From positions 1-61,887 of the forward strand of contig JBHIAH010000008.1 in the NCBI GenBank assembly GCA_046758505.1: DNA of 61,887 bases. Direction: 5' to 3'. The notes under the pieces were generated by a model. It worked only from the letters and a program-made list of their open reading frames with translations, made no database searches and was not told the origin of the DNA. The stretch comes from Candidatus Methylomirabilales bacterium (GTDB lineage Bacteria; Methylomirabilota; Methylomirabilia; Methylomirabilales; CSP1-5). How positions within the stretch are numbered: the stretch's first letter is position 1; each line of letters begins with the position of its first letter. The position numbers and the translations under genes are program-made. Below, in pieces: positions 1 through 10,762 of the stretch.

Positions 1-471
1 GGGGGGGACACCATAGAGCACGCGGTAGCCCCGTGTCAATATGCAAGGTTTGCACACCCCCCTTTTCGCGAGAAACGGGCGATATGCCCGGTGTCAGAGA
101 GGATCTTCGCTTCTCTTTTTCCTTCTAGAAAAAACCAGCGGCCCGTCGGCCCGGATCACAAGACCCACTGGTGACACTAGCTCCTTTCGCCCCCAGCTCC
201 AATTACCGCATCACAGACCGGAAAGCCTCCGGGGTGGGAGGCAGTTTGAGCCCCCGCATGGGTTCACACGAGTGCCGCAATACCTCAATAATCAAAGCCT
301 TGGGTATCGACAATCTTTCACCTCAGGTCACCGATTCGGCAACCCCTCCTCCCCTCCCGAATTCCGGCAACGCGGACTGGCCCCGCTTGCCTCAAATCCG
401 GCTGTCAAAACGGGTCGAGGTCGTGTACCATCATGGCGAGAAGATGCCCACGAGAATAAGGGAGGCACGAC

Positions 472-663
472 GTGCGGATCAAGACCGCGCATAAGATTTT
501 GATTGCCAGCGCCATCGCCTTTTTTCTCTTCTTTGGCATCTGGAAGTTCCGCGCCTACGCCGCCACCGGAGAGGGGGCGACCCTGGTAAGTGGCCTCGTG
601 TCGGTGCTGGTCGCTCTCGGTTTTGGAGTCTACTTTCAGTCGCTCCGCGGCAGAGAGTTCTAG
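472..663 (+). CDS. small two-helix membrane protein, unknown function (63 aa)
   Basis: GTG start preceded by SD AAGGGAGG (458-465); two hydrophobic segments; stop 24 bp before rnc. Confidence 0.7.
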   Translation: MRIKTAHKILIASAIAFFLFFGIWKFRAYAATGEGATLVSGLVSVLVALGFGVYFQSLRGREF

Positions 664-687
664 CCGTGCGAGACCGGGAGATGCCGC

Positions 688-1410
688 GTGAAATCCTTCG
701 GAGACGCTGAAGAGAACGCTTCGTGGGTCCAGGACGCCGAAAGGACGCTCGGACATCGCTTCCGGAACCGGGCCCTCCTTCGGGCCGCACTCACGCATCC
801 CTCAGCCGGCACGGACGGAAGCGCCTTCGCACGCCTCGAGTTCTTGGGTGACGCGATCCTCGCCCTCGTTGTGAGCCTGCACCTGTATCACCACCACCCC
901 GACCTCTCGCCCGGAGGACTCACCCGGCTCCGGGCCGGTACGGTGAACCGCACCATCTTAGCCCAGGCAGCGACCCGCCTGGGTCTTCCCCCCTTACTCC
1001 GATTGGGAAAGGGAGAGGCCTCCTCGGGTGGCCGGCGGCGGCCCGCACTCCTCGCGGCGGCGCTCGAGGCGGTCGTGGCCGCCCTCTTTCTCGATCGAGG
1101 CCTCAGGCCGGTCCAACGGTTCCTCGAAGGGCATCTGCTTCCCCTGCTCAGCCCGAACGCTGGCCTCGATCCCAAGTCTGAGCTTCAGACGCTCCTCCAG
1201 GCCCTCTTCAAAACCCGCCCGTGCTATCATCTCATCCACCACTGGGGTCCTCCGCACGCCCCTCGCTTTGAGGTGGAGGTGGAAGTGCGAGGTGTGCGGC
1301 TTGGAGGGGGAACGGGGGGGGGCCGGCGCGAGGCCGAGCAGGCCGCCGCCCGGAGCGCTATGGCCCATCTACGGAGAAACCACAATATTTTGCGTTCATC
1401 TGTCGGATGA
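688..1410 (+). CDS. rnc: ribonuclease III
   Basis: ALTHPS, RLEFLGDA signature, LGKGE, C-terminal dsRBD (DPKSELQ...GPPHAPRF...AEQAAA). Confidence 0.93.
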   Translation: MKSFGDAEENASWVQDAERTLGHRFRNRALLRAALTHPSAGTDGSAFARLEFLGDAILALVVSLHLYHHHPDLSPGGLTRLRAGTVNRTILAQAATRLGLPPLLRLGKGEASSGGRRRPALLAAALEAVVAALFLDRGLRPVQRFLEGHLLPLLSPNAGLDPKSELQTLLQALFKTRPCYHLIHHWGPPHAPRFEVEVEVRGVRLGGGTGGGRREAEQAAARSAMAHLRRNHNILRSSVG

Positions 1411-1434
1411 CCACATGATTTAGCGTGATTTCCC

Positions 1435-1463
1435 TTGACACGTGTGCAGAGCTATGCTAGCCT
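1435..1463 (+). promoter_or_regulatory. sigma70-type promoter for smc-ftsY
   Basis: TTGACA(1435-1440)-N17-TAGCCT(1458-1463) with extended -10 TG. Confidence 0.55.
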
Positions 1464-1535
1464 GCCGAAAATTTATCAAGCATAAAGGGTTAGGCGAAGT
1501 CCACGAGTCGATTACACGCTTTCTAAAGCCTTTTT

Positions 1536-1581
1536 GTCCGCTGTCCAATTGACCTTGGACTTCGGACGTTGGACATTGGAC
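1536..1581. repeat. 7-nt periodic inverted repeat array (GTCC/GGAC type)
   Basis: GTCC at 1536, 1543; GGAC at 1557, 1564, 1571, 1578 (period 7), in the smc leader. Confidence 0.7.
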
Positions 1582-1594
1582 CCAGAGGAGCCCC

Positions 1595-4500
1595 ATGTAC
1601 CTCAGCAATCTGACCCTGTTCGGATTTAAGTCTTTCGTCGACCGGGTAAGTATCGATTTCCAATCCGGAGTCACAGCCCTCGTCGGCCCCAACGGCTGCG
1701 GCAAGAGCAACATCCTCGACGCCATCCGATGGGTATTGGGCGAACAGAGTTCCAAGGCCCTGCGGGGGAACCGCATGGAGGACCTGATTTTCGCCGGGAA
1801 CACCCATCGCAAGCCGGTGGGTATGGCGGAAATTTCTCTCACACTGTCAGATATTCAGGGCAAGCTCGCCGTCCCGTACGACGAAGTGACCATCACGCGG
1901 CGTCTCTACCGATCCGGCGAAAGCGAGTATCTTCTCAATCAGAATCCCTGCCGCCTTAAAGATATCACCCACCTCTTCCTCGACACCGGGCTCGGCCGGG
2001 AGCCGTACGCCCTGATCGAACAAGGAGCCATCGGATCGCTCTTAAACGCAAGGCCCGTCGACCGCCGCGCCCTCTTGGAGGAGACGGCGGGCACGATGTC
2101 GTACAAGGTCAGGCGGAATACCGCACTGGGGCGGCTCGAGGCAGCAGAGCACAATCTGCTCCGGGTCAACGACGTCCTCCAAGAGCTCGAGCGGCAACGC
2201 ACCTCGCTCCACCGGCAGGCCAAGAAGGCCGAGCGCTACCAGCGTCTGACGCGCAGGCTGAGGGAGATCCAGGCCTTGCTCCTCCTCACGGAAGACCGCC
2301 GCCTTGGAGAAGAGCTGCACCGAGTCATCCATGAGGACACAGCGCTCGCCGAAGCGCAGACGGCGTGCCAACTCCGAGCCTCGACAGAGGAGACCTCCCT
2401 GGAGACCGGCCGCCTCCAGGACCAGGACCTCGAAAAGCGGATCAGCGCTGCCCAGGAACGGCTGTACAGCCTCCGGAGCCAGCGAGAGCGAGAGGAAGCG
2501 GACGTGCGGTCCCGGGAGGCCATGCTCCAGGACTTGCGCCAACGGGCAGAGGAGCACCTTGAGGGACTCCGCGCAGCAGGGGAGCGGCTCCATCACCTTG
2601 TCCAGGATCTCGAGGCCGACGCAAAGATGCGGGCCCGGACGGAAGAGGAACTCGAGGGCGCTTCCGGACACCTGCGGCAACTCAACGACGCCCTGGCCGC
2701 CGTGGAGGGAGAGCTACGAGAGAGCGAGGAGGCCCTGGAACGGCAGAAGGGGGAGATCCTGGCACTCACCGAGCGGCTGGTCGACCAGCGGAACCAGGTG
2801 GCCTCTCTCACGGAGCGCCGCCGTCTTCTCCGCCAAGAGCGCGAGACCCTCGAGCGACAGCTCGCCGCGTCCCAGGCAGAGGCGCAAGCCGTCACGGGCC
2901 GCGAGCACGAGTTGACCGCTCGCCTGCAAGACCTTGATACCCGCATTGGAAACCTGACCGGTGAGGAAGCGGCACTTGCTGAGGAGCTGAGCGCGCTCGA
3001 GGCCCGCCAACAATCGTTGGGCGACCAGCGAGCGGGCCTGCGCGAAAAACTCAGCGGGCTCGAAGGCCGCCTCAATTCTCTCCAGGAACTCGAGGCGAGC
3101 CTCGCCGGACTGAACGAGGGCCAGCAATTCCTCCTCAAAGGGAAGACCGGCGGGGTCCCGATCTGCCAGACGATTGAAGGTCCGCTCTCCCGATTCGTTC
3201 GCGTCGAGGCCGCCTGGGAAAAGGCCGTGGAAGCCCTCCTGGGTGACCTCCAGCAGGGACTCCTCACGCCGAGCGCCGCCGATGCCCTCGACCTGCTCCA
3301 GTACCTCGAGCGCGAGGGAACCGGCTGGGCCACCCTGCTCCCCCGCGAGGAGGAATGGCTTGCCGTGAATGGTGAGCCCGGCCGCCTCCAGGAGGCCCTC
3401 AAAGCCGCAGAGGCCCCCCTTGACCCTGCCGTGGCCCGGCGGGTTATCGGGCCCGCCCTCCGACTGGTGAAGGCGCCCGAGGAACTTCAGCCGCTCCTCC
3501 GTGCCCTGCTGGGGGATGCCGTGATTGTGCAGGACCTCCCCACGGCCCTGGTCCTCCTCCGTTCACTCCGATGTCCCGCCCGGGTAGCCACCGCCTCTGG
3601 CGCGGTCCTGAGCTCGCGAGGCCCCATACAGGGCGGAAACACCATCGCCTTGAGCCTCTTGAGTCGCCGGAGAGAACTCGAGGAGCTTCCCGCCGTTGTG
3701 GGCCGGGTGGCCGAAGAGCTGCACGCCATGGAGGGCGAATGGGAGACGGCGCAGGAGACACTCCTCCAACGCCAGCACGCCAGACGCCTGCAAGAGCAAG
3801 CCCGCAGAGAAACGGAGGCGGCCCGCCACGAGGTGGAGCGCTCTCTCGCCGAGGTCCGCACGGTCGCCTCTCGTCTCGCGAACCAGATAGAATTTTTGAC
3901 CTCCGAGCTGGCCCGCCTTGAGAAAGAACTCAGCGAACTCGCCCCTGCGCTGCAAGGCACGCAAACCAACGTGGAGGCCTGGGGGCGGCAGGAGGAATCG
4001 CTCAAGGCAGAGGCCGCCGAGCGCGATCAGCAGGTCACCCGATTTCGGGTGCACCGGCAAGAGGTGCAGCGGGACGTGGCAGAAGTCCGAATCCGCATGA
4101 CCTCCCTCCACGAACGGCGCGAGGCCTTGCATCGCTCTATCGAGCGTCTCGAGGCTGATCTGAGCCGCGAACGCACCCATGAGGCGGCGCTCCGCCAGGA
4201 AGAGGAAGAGGGGCGGTCGCGAGAGGCCACGCTCGCGGAAGAGATCGTCGCCCTCCGACAATCCCATGGGGTCTTACAGCAACAAGAAGAGCAGGAGGCT
4301 CACGCAGTCCAGAAGCTTCAGGGGGAAAGGGATCACCTCCGGCACACACTCCTCGCCCACGAGGAGGCGCTGAGGGCTGCGCGAAAGGAGCTCACCGACA
4401 TCCAACAACAGCAGGCCACGATCGCCACGAGGCGGACAGCCCTCAGCACAGAGCGGTCGCTGCTGCAGAAACGCCTGCAGGAGGAGATCCCCGAGGCGGA

Positions 4501-5224
4501 ACACCTCCGCGATCGCCTGCAGGAGGGAGATCCCTCGCAAGATCCTGAGACCCTCACACAGGAAGGGGACGAGCTCCGTCAGAAGATCGCGACGATGGGC
4601 CCGATCAACATGGCGGCCCTGGAGGAGTACGAAAGCCTCTCGGAACGCCATCGCTTCCTGACGGACCAGGCAGCGGATCTGACCGCCTCCACCACCTCGC
4701 TGAAGGCCACCATCGCCGAGATCAATCGGACGATCCAGGACCGCTTCACCGAGACTGTGGCCGCTGTCAATGAGCATCTGGACCGTTTCTGGCGGCAGCT
4801 CTTTCACGGGGGCGAGGCGGAGCTCGTCCTGAGTGAGGACGCGGAGGCCGAGGAGCCTGGCGTCGAGATCCGGGTCCGGATTCCGGGAAAGCGGATGACG
4901 ACCCTTTCCCTCCTGTCCGGCGGTGAGAAGACCCTCGGGGCCATTGCCCTCCTGATGGCCTTGTGGGCGACCAAACCCAGCCCCTTCGTCGTGCTGGACG
5001 AGGTAGATGCCGCCCTGGATGACGTGAACGTGGACCGTTTTGCCTCCCTCGTTCGTGAACTCGCCCCCACCTCTCAGTTCATTCTCATGACCCACAATCC
5101 CCGAACCATCGAAGTGGCCTCTCTGTTGTATGGGATCACCATGCAGGAACCGGGCGTTTCACGCCTGATTTCGGTTCGGCTCGGGCAACAGGCGGAGCAG
5201 GCGGCACCCGCAACCGCACCCTGA
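1595..5224 (+). CDS. smc: chromosome segregation protein SMC
   Basis: GFKSF, Walker A GPNGCGKSN, long coiled coils and hinge, LSGGE signature, LDEVDAALD Walker B; SD AGAGGAG. Confidence 0.97.
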   Translation: MYLSNLTLFGFKSFVDRVSIDFQSGVTALVGPNGCGKSNILDAIRWVLGEQSSKALRGNRMEDLIFAGNTHRKPVGMAEISLTLSDIQGKLAVPYDEVTITRRLYRSGESEYLLNQNPCRLKDITHLFLDTGLGREPYALIEQGAIGSLLNARPVDRRALLEETAGTMSYKVRRNTALGRLEAAEHNLLRVNDVLQELERQRTSLHRQAKKAERYQRLTRRLREIQALLLLTEDRRLGEELHRVIHEDTALAEAQTACQLRASTEETSLETGRLQDQDLEKRISAAQERLYSLRSQREREEADVRSREAMLQDLRQRAEEHLEGLRAAGERLHHLVQDLEADAKMRARTEEELEGASGHLRQLNDALAAVEGELRESEEALERQKGEILALTERLVDQRNQVASLTERRRLLRQERETLERQLAASQAEAQAVTGREHELTARLQDLDTRIGNLTGEEAALAEELSALEARQQSLGDQRAGLREKLSGLEGRLNSLQELEASLAGLNEGQQFLLKGKTGGVPICQTIEGPLSRFVRVEAAWEKAVEALLGDLQQGLLTPSAADALDLLQYLEREGTGWATLLPREEEWLAVNGEPGRLQEALKAAEAPLDPAVARRVIGPALRLVKAPEELQPLLRALLGDAVIVQDLPTALVLLRSLRCPARVATASGAVLSSRGPIQGGNTIALSLLSRRRELEELPAVVGRVAEELHAMEGEWETAQETLLQRQHARRLQEQARRETEAARHEVERSLAEVRTVASRLANQIEFLTSELARLEKELSELAPALQGTQTNVEAWGRQEESLKAEAAERDQQVTRFRVHRQEVQRDVAEVRIRMTSLHERREALHRSIERLEADLSRERTHEAALRQEEEEGRSREATLAEEIVALRQSHGVLQQQEEQEAHAVQKLQGERDHLRHTLLAHEEALRAARKELTDIQQQQATIATRRTALSTERSLLQKRLQEEIPEAEHLRDRLQEGDPSQDPETLTQEGDELRQKIATMGPINMAALEEYESLSERHRFLTDQAADLTASTTSLKATIAEINRTIQDRFTETVAAVNEHLDRFWRQLFHGGEAELVLSEDAEAEEPGVEIRVRIPGKRMTTLSLLSGGEKTLGAIALLMALWATKPSPFVVLDEVDAALDDVNVDRFASLVRELAPTSQFILMTHNPRTIEVASLLYGITMQEPGVSRLISVRLGQQAEQAAPATAP

Positions 5225-5245
5225 CCCGGGCTGGGCATTCACACG

Positions 5246-6154
5246 ATGGCAGAGCATCCCGCCCCCTTCTCCCGACTTATCGCTGGCCTCCGCAAGACCC
5301 GAGCGGTTTTTGTCGATCGGATCATCGAGCTGCTGAAGCGCCCCCGCGTCGACCACCATCTTCTCGAGGAACTCGAAGAAATCTTGATCACCGCTGACAT
5401 GGGGATGCCCATCGCCCGGCACCTCTTACGCGGCCTCCCCCCTGACACGACAGCCCCCGAGGAGCTTTTCCATCTCCTGCGTCAGCAGGTTACAGCCATC
5501 CTGTCGGGGCCGGAGCACCGCATCGCAGAGGGACGCCCCCATGTCGTATTAACCCTCGGCGTAAACGGGGTAGGCAAGACCACCACCATCGGTAAGCTCG
5601 CCTTCCGGGCGACGCGCCACGGGAAGCGCGTGCTCCTGGCCGCCGCGGACACGTTCCGCGCTGCTGCCATCGAGCAGCTTCAGGTGTGGGGGGAAAGGGC
5701 TGGGGCAGATGTCATCGCGCATCAGGGAGGTGGCGATCCGGGTGCCGTGGTCTTCGATGCGCTCCGAGCGGCCCAGGCCCGCGGGACGGATCTCCTGCTC
5801 ATCGATACGGCGGGCCGCCTCCACACCAAGAAAAACTTGATGGAGGAACTCAAGAAGATTCAGCGCGTCGTTGGCCGGAACCTTCCGGGCGCCCCCCACG
5901 AGACCCTGTTGATCCTGGATGCCACAACCGGCCTCAATGCCACCCTCCAGGCGCGGGAGTTCCACCAGGCGGTCGGGACCACCGGGCTCATCATCACTAA
6001 ACTGGATGGGACGGCCAAAGGGGGGGCGGTCGTGGGGATTGTGGCCGAACTGCACATTCCAGTCCGGTACGTTGGGCTGGGCGAGGGGATCGAGGACCTG
6101 GAAGCCTTCTCCCCCTCGGCATTCGCCGCAGCCCTTTTCACCACAGAACCTTGA
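5246..6154 (+). CDS. ftsY: signal recognition particle receptor FtsY (no long acidic N-domain)
   Basis: [32 protein letters not shown] motifs; follows smc. Confidence 0.96.
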   Translation: MAEHPAPFSRLIAGLRKTRAVFVDRIIELLKRPRVDHHLLEELEEILITADMGMPIARHLLRGLPPDTTAPEELFHLLRQQVTAILSGPEHRIAEGRPHVVLTLGVNGVGKTTTIGKLAFRATRHGKRVLLAAADTFRAAAIEQLQVWGERAGADVIAHQGGGDPGAVVFDALRAAQARGTDLLLIDTAGRLHTKKNLMEELKKIQRVVGRNLPGAPHETLLILDATTGLNATLQAREFHQAVGTTGLIITKLDGTAKGGAVVGIVAELHIPVRYVGLGEGIEDLEAFSPSAFAAALFTTEP

Positions 6155-6187
6155 GGCGAATCCCGGCTCACGCGACGCCGATTGACC

Positions 6188-6217
6188 TTGACACCCTCGA
6201 CCTCCTGGTGATAGCGT
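6188..6217 (+). promoter_or_regulatory. possible sigma70-type promoter for the rib operon
   Basis: TTGACA(6188-6193)-N18-TAGCGT(6212-6217) with TG extension. Confidence 0.4.
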
Positions 6218-6260
6218 GAGCCGAAAGTGCGTGCGAAATCGGCCTCTTACGGGGACACGG

Positions 6261-7382
6261 ATGCCTGAGAGAAATCCGGCATACATGCAGCGGGCCCTCA
6301 GCCTCGCAGCCCGAGGGAGGGGGCGGACCAGTCCCAACCCAATGGTGGGCGCCGTTCTGACGCGGCACGGCGCGATCGTCGGCGAAGGGTATCACGCCTA
6401 TGCGGGGGGTGATCACGCCGAGCTGTCCGCCCTCAAGGCAGCGGGTGGATCAGCCCGAGGCGCAACGTGCTACGTCACCCTCGAGCCGTGCGCCCACTAC
6501 GGGAAGACCCCTCCCTGCACGCAGGCCCTCATCGAGGCGGGAATCACCGAGGTGGCAATCGCCACCTACGACCCCAATCCCCTGGTGGCGGGGAAGGGGG
6601 TGCGAAGCCTCCGAGAGGCTGGCGTCTCCGTCAAGGTGGGCCTCCTTCAAGAGGAAGCGGTCCGACTGAACGAGACCTATGTGAAATACATGCGCACGGG
6701 AGAGCCGTTTGTCTTTCTCAAGGCCGCGCTGAGCCTGGACGGGAAGTTGGCCACCCGGACCGGCGACTCGCAATGGATGACCGGTGCGCTGGCCCGGCAT
6801 CGCGTTCATGAGATGCGCAACACGTTGGACGCGGTGGTGGTGGGCATCGGAACGGTCTTGAAGGATGACCCGATGCTCACGACGCGCTTGGGAGGACCGG
6901 AGGACCGTGACCCCTTGCGGGTGATTGTGGACAGCCGAGGGCGCCTTCCCCTTACGGCCAGGCTGTTCAGGGCCGGGTCCCCGCCTCCTTTGGTTGCCGT
7001 GGGACCCCGGACTTCGCCCGCGCGCCTCCGGCGACTCCAAGAACGGGGGGCAGAGGTCACAGTGCTCCCCCCGGGCGAAGGGGGGCTTTCCCTCCCCGCC
7101 CTGACCCGTGAATTGGGCCGCCGCCAGATAACGTCGGTCATGATCGAAGGAGGGGGAAAGTTGGCAACCTCCGCGCTCCACGCAGGCATCGTGGACAAGG
7201 TGATCCTGATGGTCGCTCCTATCCTGATCGGAGGCAAAACGGCCCCAACCCTTCTCCAGGGAGACGGGGTTGAAAAACTGGCGGAAGCGCTCCGGGTCAA
7301 GCAGTTGACGGTAGAGCGCATAGGCGAGGATCTTGTACTGGAGGGGTACCTGACCGAGTCCGAGACCCCCTGGGTACCGTAA
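6261..7382 (+). CDS. ribD: bifunctional deaminase/reductase of riboflavin synthesis
   Basis: TSPNPMVG, HAE, TLEPCAHYGKTPPC zinc motif, SLDGK reductase domain; ATG at 6261 preferred over the ORF start at 6216. Confidence 0.96.
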   Translation: MPERNPAYMQRALSLAARGRGRTSPNPMVGAVLTRHGAIVGEGYHAYAGGDHAELSALKAAGGSARGATCYVTLEPCAHYGKTPPCTQALIEAGITEVAIATYDPNPLVAGKGVRSLREAGVSVKVGLLQEEAVRLNETYVKYMRTGEPFVFLKAALSLDGKLATRTGDSQWMTGALARHRVHEMRNTLDAVVVGIGTVLKDDPMLTTRLGGPEDRDPLRVIVDSRGRLPLTARLFRAGSPPPLVAVGPRTSPARLRRLQERGAEVTVLPPGEGGLSLPALTRELGRRQITSVMIEGGGKLATSALHAGIVDKVILMVAPILIGGKTAPTLLQGDGVEKLAEALRVKQLTVERIGEDLVLEGYLTESETPWVP

Positions 7383-7386
7383 AGAG

Positions 7387-8034
7387 ATGTTTACGGGTAT
7401 CGTAGAGGACCAGGGACGCGTGCTCCGCCTCAGGCGGGGCGAGCAGGATGCCCGCCTGACCATCGAGGCGGGTGGTCGAATGACGGATCTGGCGGTCGGC
7501 CAGAGCATCGCCGTCGACGGTGTCTGTCTCACCATCACCCAGCATGATGGAGCCACGTTCACCGCCGACCTCTCCCCGGAAACCCTCGACCGAACCACCC
7601 TTGGAGACCTGACGTCCCACACACAGGTCAACCTGGAGCGGCCGTTGAAAGCGGACGACCGGTTCGGCGGGCATTTCGTCACCGGGCACGTGGACGGCGT
7701 CGGCCGGATCAGCCGGCGCGAAACCGTGGGCGACTCTACGTGGATGTGGATCGACTTCCCCCCTCCCCTGGGAATCTACATAGCGCCCAAGGGTTCCATT
7801 GCAGTTGACGGGGTGAGTCTCACGCTCGTCGAGGCTGGGAAGAGCGCTTTCTCCGTATGCCTCATCCCCCTGACACTGGCAATGACGACACTGGGGTGGA
7901 AGGAACCCGGGAGCCGTGTCAACCTCGAGGTGGATCTCTTGAGCCGCTACCTCGAGCGGCTTCTCGCCCCCGCCGCCGCGCGAGACCGACCCTCCCTCAC
8001 CCGTGCACTTCTCCATGAGCAAGGCTTCGCGTGA
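7387..8034 (+). CDS. ribE: riboflavin synthase
   Basis: MFTGIV N-terminus, [20 protein letters not shown]. Confidence 0.96.
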   Translation: MFTGIVEDQGRVLRLRRGEQDARLTIEAGGRMTDLAVGQSIAVDGVCLTITQHDGATFTADLSPETLDRTTLGDLTSHTQVNLERPLKADDRFGGHFVTGHVDGVGRISRRETVGDSTWMWIDFPPPLGIYIAPKGSIAVDGVSLTLVEAGKSAFSVCLIPLTLAMTTLGWKEPGSRVNLEVDLLSRYLERLLAPAAARDRPSLTRALLHEQGFA

Positions 8035-8067
8035 ACGGGATGGGACGATTGCGAACGGGAGTCAACA

Positions 8068-9285
8068 ATGCCGTTTGACACCATCGAAGACGCCATCAAA
8101 GACATCCGGGATGGGAGGATGGTTATCGTCGTTGATGACGAGGACCGGGAAAACGAGGGAGACCTGACGATGGCCGCCGAGCGCGTCACGCCCGAGGCGA
8201 TTAACTTCATGGCGAAGTACGGGCGCGGTCTTATCTGCCTCTCCCTGCCCGGCCAGCGGCTCGACGCGTTGAAGATCCCGCTGATGGTTACAGAAAATAC
8301 CTCCCCCTACGAAACCGCCTTTTGCATCTCCGTTGAGGCCCGACGAGGTATCACAACTGGCGTCTCGGCCCAGGACCGGGCCACAACCATCCGGGCGCTC
8401 GTCGACCCGACGACGCGGGCCGATGACCTGGTGCGGCCCGGGCACATCTTTCCCCTACGGGCGAAGCAGGGGGGTGTCCTCGCCCGGGCGGGCCAGACCG
8501 AAGCCGCGCTGGACCTGAGTCGCCTCGCCGGTCTGTCCCCGGCCGGCGTGATCTGCGAGATCATGAACGAGGACGGGCACATGGCTCGGGCTCCCCAACT
8601 CTTGACTTTTGCCACGCAGCACGACCTTCGGGTCATCACGGTGAAGGACCTGATTACGTTCCGGATGCGACGCGAGAAATTGGTCCGCCGCCTTGCGGAT
8701 GTCAGCGTCCCCACCCGCCACGGGACGTTCCGGGCCCTCCTGTACCAGAGCCAGGTTGGCAACGACCAACACCTCGCCCTCACCCTCGGGGATATCACCC
8801 CCGCGGATGCGGTTCTGGTCCGCGTGCACTCCGAGTGCCTCACGGGCGATGTCTTCGGCTCGCGCCGCTGCGATTGCGGTTCACAGCTAGAACGGGCCCT
8901 CAGTCTGATCGGAGCGGAAGGGAGGGGGGTGTTTCTCTATATGCGGCAAGAGGGACGGGGAATCGGACTCGCCGACAAGTTTCGAGCTTATGAATTACAA
9001 GATGCGGGCTACGATACGGTGGAGGCAAACGAGAAACTGGGGTTCCAGGCGGATCTCCGTGACTACGGGATCGGAGCGCAGGTTCTGGTGGATCTCGGCG
9101 TGAGCAAGATGCGCCTGCTCACCAATAATCCCCGCAAGATCGTGGGACTCGAGGGATACGGGCTTCGCATCGTCGAACGCGTCCCTCTTGAGGTCCAGCC
9201 CATGCCGGAGAACCGGGGGTACCTGGCGGCCAAGCAAGAGAAATTGGGGCACCTGCTCCGCGGGATTGGCGAGCGGCGGAGATAA
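8068..9285 (+). CDS. ribBA: bifunctional DHBP synthase / GTP cyclohydrolase II
   Basis: [46 protein letters not shown]. Confidence 0.97.
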   Translation: MPFDTIEDAIKDIRDGRMVIVVDDEDRENEGDLTMAAERVTPEAINFMAKYGRGLICLSLPGQRLDALKIPLMVTENTSPYETAFCISVEARRGITTGVSAQDRATTIRALVDPTTRADDLVRPGHIFPLRAKQGGVLARAGQTEAALDLSRLAGLSPAGVICEIMNEDGHMARAPQLLTFATQHDLRVITVKDLITFRMRREKLVRRLADVSVPTRHGTFRALLYQSQVGNDQHLALTLGDITPADAVLVRVHSECLTGDVFGSRRCDCGSQLERALSLIGAEGRGVFLYMRQEGRGIGLADKFRAYELQDAGYDTVEANEKLGFQADLRDYGIGAQVLVDLGVSKMRLLTNNPRKIVGLEGYGLRIVERVPLEVQPMPENRGYLAAKQEKLGHLLRGIGERRR

Positions 9286-9307
9286 GGGTGTAACGGGGGG
9301 CGGCATC

Positions 9308-9820
9308 ATGCCACACTATTTGGAGGGGCATCTATCTGCGCAGGGATTTGCCTTTGCCATCGTCCTCAGTCGGTTCAATGAGTTCATCACCGGAAAACTC
9401 CTCGACGGGGCCTTGGACGCGCTCATCCGCCATGGCGCAGATCCGGACAAGATTGACGTCGTGAAAGTCCCGGGCGCGTTCGAGATCCCGGTGGCGGCAG
9501 ACCGCCTGGCCGCGAGTCATCGCTATGATGCGGTCATCTGCCTGGGCGCGATACTCCGAGGAGAGACCCCCCACTTTGACTATATCGCGGGCGAAGCTGC
9601 ACGCGGGGTGGCAGCTGTAGCCGTCAAGACCGGCGTCCCCACGATTTTCGGGCTCGTCACCGCCGAGACCATCGAACAAGCGATCGAACGGGCCGGTACC
9701 AAGCTCGGCAACAAGGGCTTCGACGCCGCCCTGGCCGCCATCGAGATGGCCCACCTGTTTGTGCAACTCGACAAGGAGCGGGGAGAAGACCCCCGCGCTC
9801 GCAGGAAAGGGAATGGGTAA
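9308..9820 (+). CDS. ribH: 6,7-dimethyl-8-ribityllumazine synthase
   Basis: [33 protein letters not shown] at 9308. Confidence 0.96.
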   Translation: MPHYLEGHLSAQGFAFAIVLSRFNEFITGKLLDGALDALIRHGADPDKIDVVKVPGAFEIPVAADRLAASHRYDAVICLGAILRGETPHFDYIAGEAARGVAAVAVKTGVPTIFGLVTAETIEQAIERAGTKLGNKGFDAALAAIEMAHLFVQLDKERGEDPRARRKGNG

Positions 9821-10244
9821 ACGGCGGCGCGCGCGTGAGGCTGCGCTCAGCATTCTATATCAACTCGAGTTTCGTCCCGAGAACCTCGCCGAGGTCTTCT
9901 GCGCCTTCTGGGCGGATCATCCCCTCCCGCCTGAGGTTCGAACCTTCGCCGAGCAGCTCGTTGCCGGAACCGTCGCGCATCGGGAAGAAATCGACACCTT
10001 GATCGCCCGCCATGCGGAACACTGGCACTTCTCCCGGATTGCTCTGGTCGACCGAAACATCCTTCGCGTGGCAACCTACGAATTCATCTTCCGGAAAGAG
10101 ATCCCGGAAAAGGTTATCCTCAACGAGGCGATTGAAATCGCCAAGCAGTACGGGAGCGAGGACTCCGGCCGGTTCGTGAATGGGATCCTGGATAAGATCC
10201 GCACCATCACCCGCCCTCCGCTCTTCGAACCTGCGGAACGATGA
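9813..10244 (+). CDS. nusB: transcription antitermination factor NusB
   Basis: RRRARE N-terminal arm, [24 protein letters not shown]; follows ribH. Confidence 0.95.
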   Translation: MGKRRRAREAALSILYQLEFRPENLAEVFCAFWADHPLPPEVRTFAEQLVAGTVAHREEIDTLIARHAEHWHFSRIALVDRNILRVATYEFIFRKEIPEKVILNEAIEIAKQYGSEDSGRFVNGILDKIRTITRPPLFEPAER

Positions 10245-10708
10245 CCCCATCATCCCCGGACTCCCTGCAAGAGGTCACCGGAGACACCCTGGTTCTGTTC
10301 CATTTCGAGGACATTCCTGTTCCCCGGAACAGCCTCGGGACGGTCGACTGGTATCTCTCGGGTGCTGTGTCCCGACTCGCAGTGGACGGCAAGTTCACCG
10401 GCGCCTTGGGGAGCGCGGTCCTGTTTCACCCTGCGGGCAAGTTTCGGGTCGAAAAGATTCTGGTCCTCGGTCTGGGGCCGCGAGCAGCGGTCGATGCCCA
10501 CACTCTGCAGGCGGCCGCGCGACACCTGCGCGGACTGCTCGACAACCTACACGCCCGAGACATTCGGATCGTTTTGCCTGACCCTCTCCCCGTCCCACCG
10601 CATGAGGCAATGGAGCTCTTCTCGACGACCTTCCCCTTCTCGAAAGAACAGAGAGCCGATTCCCCCCGCATTCGCTTCCTCACTTCTCAAGGGGACAAAA
10701 CGCCCTGA
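10241..10708 (+). CDS. stand-alone M17 leucyl aminopeptidase N-terminal-domain protein
   Basis: VDWYLSGAVSRL..GKFTG..G....ILVLGLG pattern resembles the PepA N-domain; ATGA overlap with nusB stop. Confidence 0.65.
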   Translation: MTPSSPDSLQEVTGDTLVLFHFEDIPVPRNSLGTVDWYLSGAVSRLAVDGKFTGALGSAVLFHPAGKFRVEKILVLGLGPRAAVDAHTLQAAARHLRGLLDNLHARDIRIVLPDPLPVPPHEAMELFSTTFPFSKEQRADSPRIRFLTSQGDKTP

Positions 10709-10762
10709 CAAAGCAAAAGATCTCTGCGAGGCGTTGAGCCGCAACCGGAGGGGAAATTCAGG

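Noticed and set aside
1..460. ORFs 41-502 and 171-494, and a possible c-di-GMP riboswitch near AAAGCCTCCGG (222-232)
   Set aside because: The ORFs have no recognisable motifs; the rest of the riboswitch consensus (GGCAAAC...GGGACGC) is absent. Probably a divergent promoter region (minus-strand TTGACA at 39-34).
6155..6260. FMN riboswitch upstream of ribD
   Set aside because: Only about 105 bp are available and no FMN aptamer consensus is present.
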